A stretch of 64,000 nucleotides of DNA from positions 134,886 through 198,885 of the forward strand of contig CAVTHO010000005.1 of assembly GCA_963734545.1 (NCBI GenBank), read 5' to 3'. The stretch is from an uncultured Spirochaetota bacterium. GTDB lineage: Bacteria > Spirochaetota > Spirochaetia > SZUA-6 > Fen-1364. Position numbers and translations under genes: made by a program. The first letter of the stretch is position 1; each line of letters starts with the position of its first letter. Positions 1 through 9,493 of this stretch are shown here, in pieces. The notes under the pieces were generated by a model. It did no database searches and had not been told where the DNA came from. It saw only the letters and a list, made by a program, of their open reading frames with translations.

Positions 1-727
1 GACCGACCAGAGAAACAGCCGGAAAATATCCAGGCGCAGCACGTACAGATCGCTGAGGATGCGGTATGTGGATTGGGAGACCAGGACGGCGCCCACAACC
101 GTTCCCCTGCTCAGGACGGGTATCGCGCTGTAGAGCGTGACCGACTGCTGCCCTGCCGTGATTCGCGTCTGGGCGCCGTAGCCCCCGGCAAGGGCATCCA
201 TGATTTCAGGCCCCGCGAGCACGCGCGCGCCCGAGTAGTATTCATCCGAGTCGAGAGGCGGCTGCGGGGGCCGCAGATAGCGCCTCCAGAGCCGGACGGG
301 AAACGATGCCAGGCGGTAGAGGAACGTTTCCTGCGCGGCTCGCGCGGCGGGCTGATCGCCGGCAGGGGCCGTGGCTGCGGCGCCGGAAACGACGGGCATC
401 GCGGTGCTGCCTCCCTCGGGAGGCAGGTGACTGGAATCCGCGAGCAGAAGGCCACGGGCGTCAAGCACGCGAAGCCGCGCATCGTGTCTCTGTCGAAGGC
501 GCTGCAGGAGCCGGACCGCGTTCTGCGGCAGGCCGGGGCCCGCGTCCTCCAGCCCGGCAGCCAGAACCCGTCCCTGCTGTACCAATGAGCGCTCCAGCGA
601 TCTCAGGAGCTGCCTTTCGTACGTGCCCAGCGAAAGCACCCCGGCGATGGGCAGGAACACGATGAGCACATTGAAAGCCAGGACGCGCATCGAGATTCGC
701 GAGAAAAAGGACGAGGCCCTGCCGCGC
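1..727 (-). CDS. Sensor histidine kinase, N-terminal part (gene runs off the left edge)
   Basis: Absent from the ORF track because it has no stop in the window. My translation of the minus strand from ATG 727..725 gives MRGRASSFFSRISMRVLAFNVLIVFLPIAGVLSLGTYERQLL..., open to position 1. It has a TM helix followed by a sensor-type region. It starts 1 nt after the stop of the response regulator, giving RR-HK operon order. Confidence 0.6.
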
Positions 728-728
728 A

Positions 729-1448
729 TCATTCTCCGCGCAACCGATAGCCCAGGCCGTAGAGCGTCTCTATCCCGTCGTAGCCGACGTCCAGCTCCTC
801 GAGCTTGCCGCGGATGCGCCTGATATGGCAGTCGATCGTTCTGTCGCTCATGTAGGCGTCATGGGGGAAGGCCTCGGCCAGGAGCTGCTCCCGGGTGCGC
901 ACGTAGCCCGGCTGCCGGGCCAGGGCATGCAGGATGCGGAACTCGGTCACCGTGAGCCGCACCGGCGACCCCTTCCACGCGGCGGTGAATCTCTCCGTAT
1001 CGAGGGTCAGGGACCCCACCGCCACATTGTCGCCGCCCTCCGGCGCGCGCTCCTTTTCGCCCGCTCTCGCGCCGCTGCGGCGAAACAGCACCTTCACGCG
1101 CGCCGCGAGCTCCCGCAGGGAGAAGGGCTTGCACAGGTAGTCGTCGGCGCCCAGCTCGAGGCCGAGCACCCGGTCGAACTCCTCATCGCGCGAGGTGAGG
1201 AACATGATCGGGATCTCCTGGGAAACACCCCTGATGCGGCGGCAGAGCTCCAGGCCGTCCATGCGCGGCATGATGATATCCAGGATCGCCAGGTCGGGGA
1301 GCGATGCCTCGAAGGACTGCCAGGCCTCCGCGCCATCCGAGTAGGCGGCGGTCCTGTAGCCCTCTCCCCGCAAAGCGCGGGAGACGGTTTCCCGAAGATG
1401 TTCCTCGTCGTCTACGATGGCCACGAGCGGCGGAAGGGGAACGCTCAC
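729..1448 (-). CDS. OmpR/PhoB-family response regulator (receiver plus winged-helix domain)
   Basis: 239-aa ORF. Receiver motifs: IVDDEEHL, DLAILDIIMPRMDG, GADDYLCKPF. C-terminal winged helix: LTVTEFRILHALARQPG...YGLGYRL. Confidence 0.9.
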   Translation of the reverse strand: MSVPLPPLVAIVDDEEHLRETVSRALRGEGYRTAAYSDGAEAWQSFEASLPDLAILDIIMPRMDGLELCRRIRGVSQEIPIMFLTSRDEEFDRVLGLELGADDYLCKPFSLRELAARVKVLFRRSGARAGEKERAPEGGDNVAVGSLTLDTERFTAAWKGSPVRLTVTEFRILHALARQPGYVRTREQLLAEAFPHDAYMSDRTIDCHIRRIRGKLEELDVGYDGIETLYGLGYRLRGE

Positions 1449-1517
1449 CGTGCAAGTTTAGCACGAGGCACGCCCGCATGAGAACCGATTTCGGGCAATA
1501 CGGCGGGGAAAGGCGCG

Positions 1518-1557
1518 CAACAATTCCGCAACAATTCAAACCTGATAAAACAACAAT
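1518..1557. promoter_or_regulatory. Three phased CAACAAT direct repeats, candidate response-regulator binding array
   Basis: GCAACAATTC occurs at 1517-1526 and 1528-1537. A third CAACAAT lies at 1551-1557. The copies start at 1518, 1529 and 1551, spacings of 11 and 22 bp. The array sits 70-110 nt upstream of the RR gene start (1448, minus strand). Confidence 0.35.
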
Positions 1558-1615
1558 GCCGTCATGGTGATGTGCGTTCCCTCGCATACGATGTGTGATC
1601 GAGAAGGGTACTGCA

Positions 1616-1819
1616 ATGCACACCGCCGAGGGGATCAGAGGGAATCGGAGACACCGGCCCATCCGAAGGATCGTGATTATCGCGATCCTGCTCGCCGTGC
1701 TCATCGAGCCTCTTGTCATGTACAAGGCGCTCGTGGAGGAGCGCGCGCAAAGGAGAACTCTCACGGGCAGCTCGCCCGCGAACCCCGCTCTCATTGCAGG
1801 AGATGAGTCGGGCCGCTGA
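1616..1819 (+). CDS. Small hypothetical membrane protein (67 aa, one TM helix)
   Basis: Track ORF 1595..1819. ATG 1616 is preceded by GAGAAGGG. Basic N-terminus, then the hydrophobic stretch IVIIAILLAVLIEPLV. Third codon positions are mostly G/C. Confidence 0.4.
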   Translation: MHTAEGIRGNRRHRPIRRIVIIAILLAVLIEPLVMYKALVEERAQRRTLTGSSPANPALIAGDESGR

Positions 1820-1888
1820 CGTCCGCAGCCCTTTGCGCGCGGGCGTGCAGGGAGAGCCGGCTGTCAAACTCGCCGGCAAGGGCCGGCT

Positions 1889-4060
1889 TCAAGGCATGAT
1901 CGTGTACCAATCAAGCAGGGTCGTGCCATATTGTCCTATGAAAATGAGTTCCCCCGTGATCGTATCCTGCCCAATATCCGTGATATAGCGGTTGCCGCCG
2001 ATCGTCCAATAGCTGACAAGCGCGCCGCCCGAGTAGGATGCGATGGCGAAGTTGGCCGAGTTCTGATAGTCAAAGTGCCACACGACATATGTCCGGCCGG
2101 ACGCGATCCACCCGGTCCCGAATGCAAATTTCCAGTAGTTCACGGTGGTGTCGGGAGGTGTGGGCGCAATCGGCGGCGCGGGAGGGACTTCAAGGCCGGC
2201 GGCCGAGACAGTCTGGAAAGCCGGCACCGCAGACGATGGGAGCGTCATGCTCGATGCATAGTCGACTGGTGGATCTCCCATGCCTGCGCTGAATTGAGCA
2301 ATGACCTTGTAGTAATAGGTCACGCTTTGTGAAAGACCGGTGTCCAGCACGCTGTTTGTGGTGGGGGTCAGGACAGCGGGATCAGGGAATGTGGGAGCAT
2401 AGTCGCGAAGCACTCTATAGCCGATGGCGCCGGGCACGGCGTTCCAGGATACGAGAATGGAGTTGGTCCAGGTGCCCCTGGCCACTATGCCGAGTGGAAG
2501 AGCCGGAAATACGTACGTTGCGCTCACTTCCTGGCTGTTCTGGTAGCCCGGCTTCACGGCAAAAGTTCTTATCGTTGTTGAGCCGCCGCTTGGCATGTAG
2601 ATATGAGGGACGGTGACGTAGGAGCCGTATATGGGAGAGCCGGTGTTAGGCGGCGAGCCGTCTGTTGTGTAGTAGATCGTGACAGACCCTGTCGTTGCGT
2701 CACTGAGATAGACCGGCCTTGAACCGGGATAGTTCCCGCTTCCCGGCGAGAAGCTGGGCGGCGCCACCTTGAGGATGTACGTATCAGCCTGCTCAGCGGA
2801 ATCTGCGAATCCACTCCTGAACGCGATGGAGCGAATTGTCGAGGCGCTCGTGGTAACCAGGATGGGCACACCATCATAGGCGGGCGAGCTGGAAGTGGGA
2901 GGGGTTCCGTTCGTGGTGTAGCGGACGACCGCGCCGGTGGTTGCAGTACCCAGCGTGACCGTCTGGTCATTGTCGTATGTCCCACCGGCAACCGAACGCG
3001 ACGGTTTGGCTGCCTTGAAAGTGTAGGATGCAGTCCGCTCCGGAGAATTGTTCATCCCGGTCTGGGCGGCGATGGCCCGCACGGTCAACGTTCCGGTGCC
3101 TTCCGCACCGCCGGCAAGCGGCACGCTTCCACCGGAGGGCACTGAGGACGACGTACCGGGCACCGGGGTTGTTCCGTTCAGCGTGTACCAGATCGTCGAG
3201 CCGGATCCGCTGTCGATCCTCACCGAAGTGTCGTTGTCGAAAGTGCCGGACGACGGATTGAATATCGGGTCAGCAAGCCCATCGTACTGCACCGTGTAGG
3301 TGACGCCGACCATCCTGCTCTGGAACATCTCGGCCTTCACGGCCATGGCCCAGATGGTCACGGTGGTCGACGGACCCGTCACCAGGATCGGTCCCGTGTA
3401 GGGGGTGCTCAGCTCGCTCGGCGCCGGCTGAGTGGGGCCGCTCTTTATCACATAGTAGATCGCTGCATTGGAGGTCGTCGTGGAAATCGTCACGCTCTGA
3501 TCCGTCCGGAAAGGGGGGCCGGCAGGAGGCGAAAAGGTCGGCGCCGCGGCCTGGGGATACTGCACGTTCACCGTCGCGCACATCACGACGCTCGGCTTCA
3601 TGTTCGGCCCTATGGCGGTGGCTTTTACGGCCAGTGACTTTGAACAGTTGTCAGCCGTCGGGGCCGCAATGGCCAGCGTGATCGGCGATCCGGGGACATA
3701 GCGGCTGGTGTGCGGGTCTCGTGGATCCGGAGTGCTGCCGTCGGTTGTGTAGTAGATCACGGAGCCCGGTGTGTCCGTCTGGAGGGTGATCGTGGTGTCG
3801 GAGCTCGTAGTCGCCGCTTCCGTGTCGGAGAGCGTGCCGCTTTCCGCGGAAGAGGAGTAGGTGACGGTGGGGCCTGCCGTCATGCCGGGGCTGGAAGGGT
3901 CCACCACGCCCGCGTTGCCCGCCCACCCTTCGCGCGAATACTGGTAGGGAAGCGGACAGCCGGCGGCCAGGGCCACAACGAGCCCCGCCATCAACAGGCG
4001 CATCGCGCGTGGGTGCCGACCTCGTGCAGGCTGCCCTGCGGTCGACTGCATTTTATCCAT
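1889..4060 (-). CDS. Large secreted lipoprotein with five CHB_HEX_C-like (chitobiase/hexosaminidase C-terminal type) repeats and an FN3-like module
   Basis: 723-aa ORF with RBS GGAGA upstream and lipobox LAAGC. Recurrent signature: VIYYTTDGSTPDP, AIYYVIKSGPTQP, TIWYTLNGTTPVP, VVRYTTNGTPPTS, TIYYTTDGSPPNT. Confidence 0.8.
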   Translation of the reverse strand: MDKMQSTAGQPARGRHPRAMRLLMAGLVVALAAGCPLPYQYSREGWAGNAGVVDPSSPGMTAGPTVTYSSSAESGTLSDTEAATTSSDTTITLQTDTPGSVIYYTTDGSTPDPRDPHTSRYVPGSPITLAIAAPTADNCSKSLAVKATAIGPNMKPSVVMCATVNVQYPQAAAPTFSPPAGPPFRTDQSVTISTTTSNAAIYYVIKSGPTQPAPSELSTPYTGPILVTGPSTTVTIWAMAVKAEMFQSRMVGVTYTVQYDGLADPIFNPSSGTFDNDTSVRIDSGSGSTIWYTLNGTTPVPGTSSSVPSGGSVPLAGGAEGTGTLTVRAIAAQTGMNNSPERTASYTFKAAKPSRSVAGGTYDNDQTVTLGTATTGAVVRYTTNGTPPTSSSPAYDGVPILVTTSASTIRSIAFRSGFADSAEQADTYILKVAPPSFSPGSGNYPGSRPVYLSDATTGSVTIYYTTDGSPPNTGSPIYGSYVTVPHIYMPSGGSTTIRTFAVKPGYQNSQEVSATYVFPALPLGIVARGTWTNSILVSWNAVPGAIGYRVLRDYAPTFPDPAVLTPTTNSVLDTGLSQSVTYYYKVIAQFSAGMGDPPVDYASSMTLPSSAVPAFQTVSAAGLEVPPAPPIAPTPPDTTVNYWKFAFGTGWIASGRTYVVWHFDYQNSANFAIASYSGGALVSYWTIGGNRYITDIGQDTITGELIFIGQYGTTLLDWYTIMP

Positions 4061-4112
4061 TCACTTTCTCCTGGTATCGAGTCTATCTCACGCATCACCT
4101 CCTTTCAACCCG

Positions 4113-4142
4113 CTGACAGAACCGGTCCGTGTGTGCTACTAT
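4113..4142 (+). promoter_or_regulatory. Putative sigma70-type promoter for the cyclase gene
   Basis: CTGACA (4113-4118), 18-nt spacer, TACTAT (4137-4142). This would put the transcription start downstream of the track start 4131, which favours GTG 4161. Confidence 0.3.
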
Positions 4143-4160
4143 GTGCAGAGGAGTACAGGG

Positions 4161-5819
4161 GTGAGAATCCGAACAAAGATCGTCGCTATCGTTCTCCCGC
4201 TCCTTGTGGCCGGCCTCGTCATCGGGGGCATCTCGGCGTCTTCCCTGGCAAGAAACTCAATCACGCGCGTCATCGTCAGGTTCATGAATTTCAAGACGGA
4301 CCAGCTTGCACAGTACATGGACAGCCAGTGGAGGATTCTCGTGGAGAACCAGATGAGCGCGCGCCAGGACATGGTGCAGGCCGCGCAGGCGGGCGTGGAG
4401 GCCTACGCGCGCAGCCTTCTCCTGAGCGACACGGAGCTCGTCTTCGCGCTCGACGCCAATGGAAATGTGGTGATGGCCACGGGCAAGATTTCCCCGACGG
4501 AAGAGGAGAAGAAAGCCCTCCTGGCCACCGCCCTGCCGGGTGACAGGACGCTTGCCACGGTCAAGATCGAGGGGACGGAGCGGGTGGCAAGCCGCTTCGC
4601 GTTCGAGCCCTTCGGCTGGACCGTTTTCACGACCGAATCCCGCTCGGTCTTCTACAGCGACGTAGCCCGCATCACCTACCAGACCCTCATCCTGATAGTC
4701 GGCGCCTGTCTCGTCGCGGTCGTGCTGCTCTTCTTCTTCGTGCGGCACTTGACCGGCCCCCTCTCCCGCACGGCGGGAACGATGAAGCAGATCATCTCCT
4801 CGAACGATCTGACGGCCCGGGTTCTCGTTGACTACAGGGACGAGATCGGCGAAATGTCCCAGACATTCAATGTCATGATCGGAGAGCTGGAGAAGGCGTA
4901 CGGGCGCATCAAGGGGTTCGCCCTCCAGGCGGTCGTCTCCCAGAAGAAAGAGTCGAAGATCCGCCACATCTTCCAGAAGTATGTCCCGCAGGAGCTCATC
5001 GACAAGCTGTTTGCCAATCCCGAGTCGATGCTCGTGGGGGAAAACCGCGTTCTGTCCATCCTCTTCTCCGACATCCGCAGCTTCACCACCATATCGGAAG
5101 GGATGAAGCCCGACGTCCTCGTGGCCGCCCTCAACCGTTACTTCCGCATCATGGTGGACATCATCATGAACCGGGGCGGGATCATCGACAAGTATATCGG
5201 GGACGCCATCATGGCGTTCTTCGGCGCGCCGGTCCAGCACGAGGATGATGCCCTGCAGTCCGTGCTTGCCGGCATCGAGATGCTGGATGGCCTGGAGGTC
5301 TTCAACGAAGGCCAGAGGAGTCTCGGCGAGCCGGAGTTCCACATCGGGGTGGGCGTCAACTATGGAGAAGTGACGGTCGGCAACATCGGCACCGACAAGA
5401 AAATGGACTACACGGTGATCGGGGACATGGTGAACGTTGCCTCCCGGCTGGAGGGGCTGACCAAGCGCTACCACCAGCCGCTTCTCATCACCGAGATGCT
5501 GCGGGAGAAGGTGGACGGGGCGGTGCTCGCACGGACAGTGGACTCGGTGGCGGTCAAGGGCCGCCACGGCGGCATCCGCATCTACGGCGTGCGCAAGGAT
5601 CCCTCCGAACAGGAGGAGAAGGCCATCCGGCTGCACAACGAATCCATGGAGCTCTATTACCAGCGGCAATTCGAGGAGGCTGCAAAGGGATTCCGCAAGG
5701 TGGAGAAGCTCCTGCCGGAGGACTACCTGGCGCAGGAGTTCGTGAAACGCTGCAAGCGGATGGCGGCAGACCCCCCGGGCCCGGACTGGGACGGCGTGGA
5801 GATCATGGAGACCAAGTAG
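4161..5819 (+). CDS. Membrane-bound class III adenylate/guanylate cyclase with extracytoplasmic sensor region and HAMP domain
   Basis: Track ORF 4131..5819. I prefer GTG 4161 because AGGAG lies 7 nt upstream. Cyclase motifs: ILFSDIRSFTTISE, KYIGDAIMAFFGAP, GEVTVGNIGT..DYTVIGDMVNVASRLEGLTK. Confidence 0.9.
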   Translation: MRIRTKIVAIVLPLLVAGLVIGGISASSLARNSITRVIVRFMNFKTDQLAQYMDSQWRILVENQMSARQDMVQAAQAGVEAYARSLLLSDTELVFALDANGNVVMATGKISPTEEEKKALLATALPGDRTLATVKIEGTERVASRFAFEPFGWTVFTTESRSVFYSDVARITYQTLILIVGACLVAVVLLFFFVRHLTGPLSRTAGTMKQIISSNDLTARVLVDYRDEIGEMSQTFNVMIGELEKAYGRIKGFALQAVVSQKKESKIRHIFQKYVPQELIDKLFANPESMLVGENRVLSILFSDIRSFTTISEGMKPDVLVAALNRYFRIMVDIIMNRGGIIDKYIGDAIMAFFGAPVQHEDDALQSVLAGIEMLDGLEVFNEGQRSLGEPEFHIGVGVNYGEVTVGNIGTDKKMDYTVIGDMVNVASRLEGLTKRYHQPLLITEMLREKVDGAVLARTVDSVAVKGRHGGIRIYGVRKDPSEQEEKAIRLHNESMELYYQRQFEEAAKGFRKVEKLLPEDYLAQEFVKRCKRMAADPPGPDWDGVEIMETK

Positions 5820-5828
5820 GGCAGGACA

Positions 5829-7029
5829 ATGCGGCGCCGATTGTTGCTCCTCCTGCTCATCCTCCTTCCCACGCTGCTCTTTGCGGCCGAGCCCGGCCGC
5901 AAGGCCGCCCTTCTCATGGCCCCCCTGAGCGCGGCTGCCCGGGATCCCCTCGTAGAGGACATTCTCGCCTCCGAGCTCACCACTGTGCTGCAGAACGCCG
6001 GGCTCACCGTGTCCTCCGGCCGGCTCGCGGTCCCCAAGGGCGCCGATCAGCCGCAGCTGCCCCAGGAAGAGCGCATCTCCTATCTCCTGCGCGGTGTCGA
6101 TGCCACCGGGCAACGACGTGATAGTGGCGGCGTTCTATCTGGCCCAGGGGGAGGAGCTGATCATCCAGTTCGCCCTGTACGACCCAGCCGTTCACACGAT
6201 GCTGGGCGGCGTGCTGACACGGGCGCGCAAGGGCCTCACCCTGTTTGCCAGCGTCACGGCTGCGGTTGCGGACTTTGGCCCGGCAATCAAGCGCTACGTG
6301 GAGGGCGGGTATCGTGTGGAGCCGCCGAGCGGCATCGTGGAACGGATCACCGTCTCGGGACCGCCGGAAGGCAGTCGCGTGACCTTTGTGGACCGTGAGG
6401 TCGGGACCGTATCCGGTGGAAGCCTCGTGGTCCCCTACACCCAGTTCGAGATCGGGACCACGATACCCGTGAGGGTCCAGAAGGAGGGCTATCACAGCTT
6501 CGAGGGGGCCTACCCGCTCATGACACCCCAGGTGGAATTGCGGCTCCCCGCACTGCGCCGTGAGACCCGTTTCGATGCGCAGCTGGTCTGGAGCTTCGGC
6601 CTGGCAACCGGCTTCGGCTTCGGCGGGAGAGTCCACCTGGTGCCGGATGCCCTGTTCGTCGGCTTCGAACACTACCGGACAGTACAGCCGGGCACATTGT
6701 GGGGCACGCCGGTCCGGCACTACGATACAAACGTCCAGATCGGGGAGTACGTTATCTTCCCGTACACGTCGATCATCCGCGTCCATCTTGCGCTGGGAGC
6801 CGGGGTTATTGTCACGGACGTGGCGAACCTGCAGGGCAGGGACTACACGGACTTCTACATCCTGGCCGGCGATCCCACCGCGGAGCTCACACTCGGCCCG
6901 GTGAAGATTTTCCTCCGGCCGGATCTCCATTACGCGCTCGGGATGGGCTACAATCTGCTGGGGAGGGCCTGGATCCGCACGCCGTACGGATTGCCGCCGC
7001 TCACCCTGGGAGTCCGCTATTCATGGTGA
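5829..7029 (+). CDS. Secreted PEGA-domain protein with C-terminal beta-barrel-like region (one frame break in this assembly)
   Basis: The signal-peptide ORF 5829 (MRRRLLLLLLILLPTLLFAAEP) and ORF 6094..7029 join into one protein if one G of CCGGG at 6106-6110 is removed (..RGVDATG|NDVIVAAFY..). PEGA-like segment PEGSRVTFVDREVG...VQKEGYHSF. Ends in GVRYSW, an aromatic C-terminus. Confidence 0.7.
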
Positions 7030-8096
7030 GAAAGCCCGGCTTCCCGATACTGGCTCTGATTGCCGCGCTCGGTCTTGCCTCCTGTGAGATCTTCACCGTC
7101 ACGCCCTTTCCCGATTTCGTGAGCAAGACCGACATATCGATTGACCTGAGCCACGAGATCAACGCAATCGTCGGAAGAGAGACCAATATCTCCTACCAGC
7201 TCACCGTGGTGGACAGCGCCGCGCTGCCGCCCCGGGTGCTCCTGCTCGTCGAGCCGCCGTCGAGCGACCCGGACGTCGGCTTCAACTACAAGGGCCAGCT
7301 CATCTTCATGGATCAGGACCTCAACGTAAGAGGCCGGGCGCGCACCGGCTCGTCGCTCGACTACTTCAGCAAGCCCTTCGGGTATGCGCACGACGGCAAT
7401 GTGCTGGCAGGGTATACGGTCCTCACGAATGACGGGGGAACCACGCCGGTCGGGACCCTCTCACCGCCTCCGGGCCTGGAGGGGTTTGTTCTCACCAACG
7501 GGATTGAAACCGATATTTTCGCAACGCCGTCGGGCAAATATGCGTCCTTCGACCTCTCGTACATCGGCTACCAGCTTGCCGGTTGGGGAAATGTCCTGAG
7601 CGCCGGCACGCTCCCCATCCTGCCTCCTGCGGCACGGCCTTCCCCCACGGATCCGAACTACGCAAACCTCGGCTACCAGCTCATAGGGTTGGCATACAAC
7701 AGCGCGAGCCAGGAGATCGTGTTCGTCCTGTCTGAACCTTCTGCGGGCCGCATCGTGGCGGCGCGCCGCGACCGGGCCACCGCGACAGACGGCCTTGGCG
7801 TGTCCCTCGTGTCTTCGGCATCAAGCTGGCCGGTGTCCATCGACGTGGACAGGCCCGCCCTCTTTGCCGATGTGGACGGCTTTTTCCTGGTGCGGCGCGA
7901 TGGCTGGATGGAACGCTATGCATGGAACGCTTCGGGCCTTCCCCTCGCGCTGGTCGGCAGCCCGGTCAAAATCGTCGGGGACAAGTCCTTGAGCCGCCGG
8001 TACGCTTTCCTGGTTCCGCAAACGGGTGGACCTTCCTACATGTACCGCTTCGATCCCAGCTCGCGGGTCCTGACCCGGTACCGGAGGTGGTGGTAG
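7023..8096 (+). CDS. Hypothetical lipoprotein
   Basis: ATG 7023 lies in frame inside track ORF 6699..8096. Signal MVRKPGFPILALIAALGLASC with lipobox LASC. Overlaps the previous stop as ATGGTGA. Confidence 0.7.
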   Translation: MVRKPGFPILALIAALGLASCEIFTVTPFPDFVSKTDISIDLSHEINAIVGRETNISYQLTVVDSAALPPRVLLLVEPPSSDPDVGFNYKGQLIFMDQDLNVRGRARTGSSLDYFSKPFGYAHDGNVLAGYTVLTNDGGTTPVGTLSPPPGLEGFVLTNGIETDIFATPSGKYASFDLSYIGYQLAGWGNVLSAGTLPILPPAARPSPTDPNYANLGYQLIGLAYNSASQEIVFVLSEPSAGRIVAARRDRATATDGLGVSLVSSASSWPVSIDVDRPALFADVDGFFLVRRDGWMERYAWNASGLPLALVGSPVKIVGDKSLSRRYAFLVPQTGGPSYMYRFDPSSRVLTRYRRWW

Positions 8097-9466
8097 TGCG
8101 TGCCGCGTGGCAGATCCTGGCCCTCGCTCTGCTCATTCTCGGCGCTGCGGCGGCCGGCGCCCAGGATGCGGCACAGCCTCCCGCTGCGCCGGAGGGCACG
8201 CAGGCCCCTGGTGCTGCCCCGGAGGCTGCGCCGACACCTCCCGCGCAGGATGGCACGCAGGCCCCTGCGGCCCCGGAGGCCGCGCCGACACCCGCCCAGG
8301 CAACAGGCTCGTTCGGCAGGCCGCGCTTCATGGTCTATCTGTTCGAGGCGGAACAGGACACGCTCTCGGCCGAGGAGCAGTTCATCCTGTACAACTCGAT
8401 TCTCGCCGCGGCCGCCGAAGCCAACCCGGACGTGGTCATCCTCGAGTCCCCCGACCAGAGCGTTCCGCGGACAAAGGAGGGCAAGGAGGAGCTGGCGCAG
8501 CGGGTGAAAGCCGACAGCTGGCTTTCCGTCGTGGCCAGCGGCGGCTACGGCAACCTCACGATACAAGCCGAGACATTCGACATCCTGCGCCAGGAAACCT
8601 TCGGCCAGGAGATCATCCGGCCGGGATTCGTCGTGGATTTCAGAACGATCTCGCGTGGTTTCTGGAACGGGATCGTCACGGCCATCCGCACCTCGTACAG
8701 CCGCGTCGTGGACCTTTCCACGCTGACGGTGCACGGACAGCCGGGCTCCGAGCTGGCCGGTGTCCCCGGCGGCCCGTACCACATCGACAAGACGGGCACC
8801 CTGGTGCAGAAGATTCCCTACCCGTCGTCCTTCCAGATGCGCGCGCGGGTGCCCGGCTACTATGACGTCCAGCGGCCGCTCTCCCTCGGGATCGATCCCC
8901 TCGAGGTGGACCTGGGACAGGTAAAAAAGCCCCGGTTCGGCGCGGAGGTGCGGCTGAGCAGCTTCCAGTTCCCCGGGGTCCGGTTCTGGGTTTTCATTCT
9001 CCCCGCGGAAGTGTTCGTCCGGCTCGGCCTCACCACGCAGCTCTTCGGTCTCTACCCCATCGACAATGCGGCGAATGTCCTGGTCGTCGGCGCCCCTCTC
9101 AGCTTTCTCGAGCTCGACGCCGGTTTGTTCATATCCCCCGCGGAGAATCTGTTGAGGTTCTTCGTCGGGGCGGGGGGCTACCTCCGATTCTCCCATCCGC
9201 CCGCGCCGGGCTTCCATATCGACAGCGAGGCTGCTCCGGGAGCGATCACCCTGAGCCTCGGCGGTGAATACTCCCCCTCGAGGCGGCTCCGGTTCGTTTT
9301 CGAATACGAGCCGGCTTTCATCCTTGCCTCGAATCCGCAGCAGTTCATCAATCTGACATTTGTCGCGAACAGTTTTCCCAGCGGCAAAGTCCCCGGCTAC
9401 GTCGTCCTTCCCTGGGGTCTGTTCGACTTTCGGAATTTCTACCTCGGCTTGCGGATCGATTTCTAG
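8087..9466 (+). CDS. Secreted protein with Pro/Ala-rich repeat linker and C-terminal beta-barrel-like region
   Basis: GTG at 8087, 8090 or 8096 in the frame of track ORF 7922..9466. Signal WQILALALLILGAAAAGAQD. PA-rich repeat follows. PEGA-like segment GQPGSELAGV...VPGYYDV. Ends in YLGLRIDF, a C-terminal Phe. Confidence 0.65.
   Translation: MVVVRAAWQILALALLILGAAAAGAQDAAQPPAAPEGTQAPGAAPEAAPTPPAQDGTQAPAAPEAAPTPAQATGSFGRPRFMVYLFEAEQDTLSAEEQFILYNSILAAAAEANPDVVILESPDQSVPRTKEGKEELAQRVKADSWLSVVASGGYGNLTIQAETFDILRQETFGQEIIRPGFVVDFRTISRGFWNGIVTAIRTSYSRVVDLSTLTVHGQPGSELAGVPGGPYHIDKTGTLVQKIPYPSSFQMRARVPGYYDVQRPLSLGIDPLEVDLGQVKKPRFGAEVRLSSFQFPGVRFWVFILPAEVFVRLGLTTQLFGLYPIDNAANVLVVGAPLSFLELDAGLFISPAENLLRFFVGAGGYLRFSHPPAPGFHIDSEAAPGAITLSLGGEYSPSRRLRFVFEYEPAFILASNPQQFINLTFVANSFPSGKVPGYVVLPWGLFDFRNFYLGLRIDF
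8195..8292 (+). repeat. In-frame 57-nt-period duplication encoding GTQAP(G)AAPEAAPTP
   Basis: Copy 1 at 8195-8238 and copy 2 at 8252-8292 are near-identical apart from a 3-nt indel. Confidence 0.7.
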
Positions 9467-9493
9467 AAGCGCCGGCGGGGCACCCGCCTGCGG

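Noticed and set aside
4257-6113. 618-aa minus-strand ORF
   Set aside because: It is antisense to the adenylate cyclase gene, which has clear catalytic motifs. The product is low complexity.
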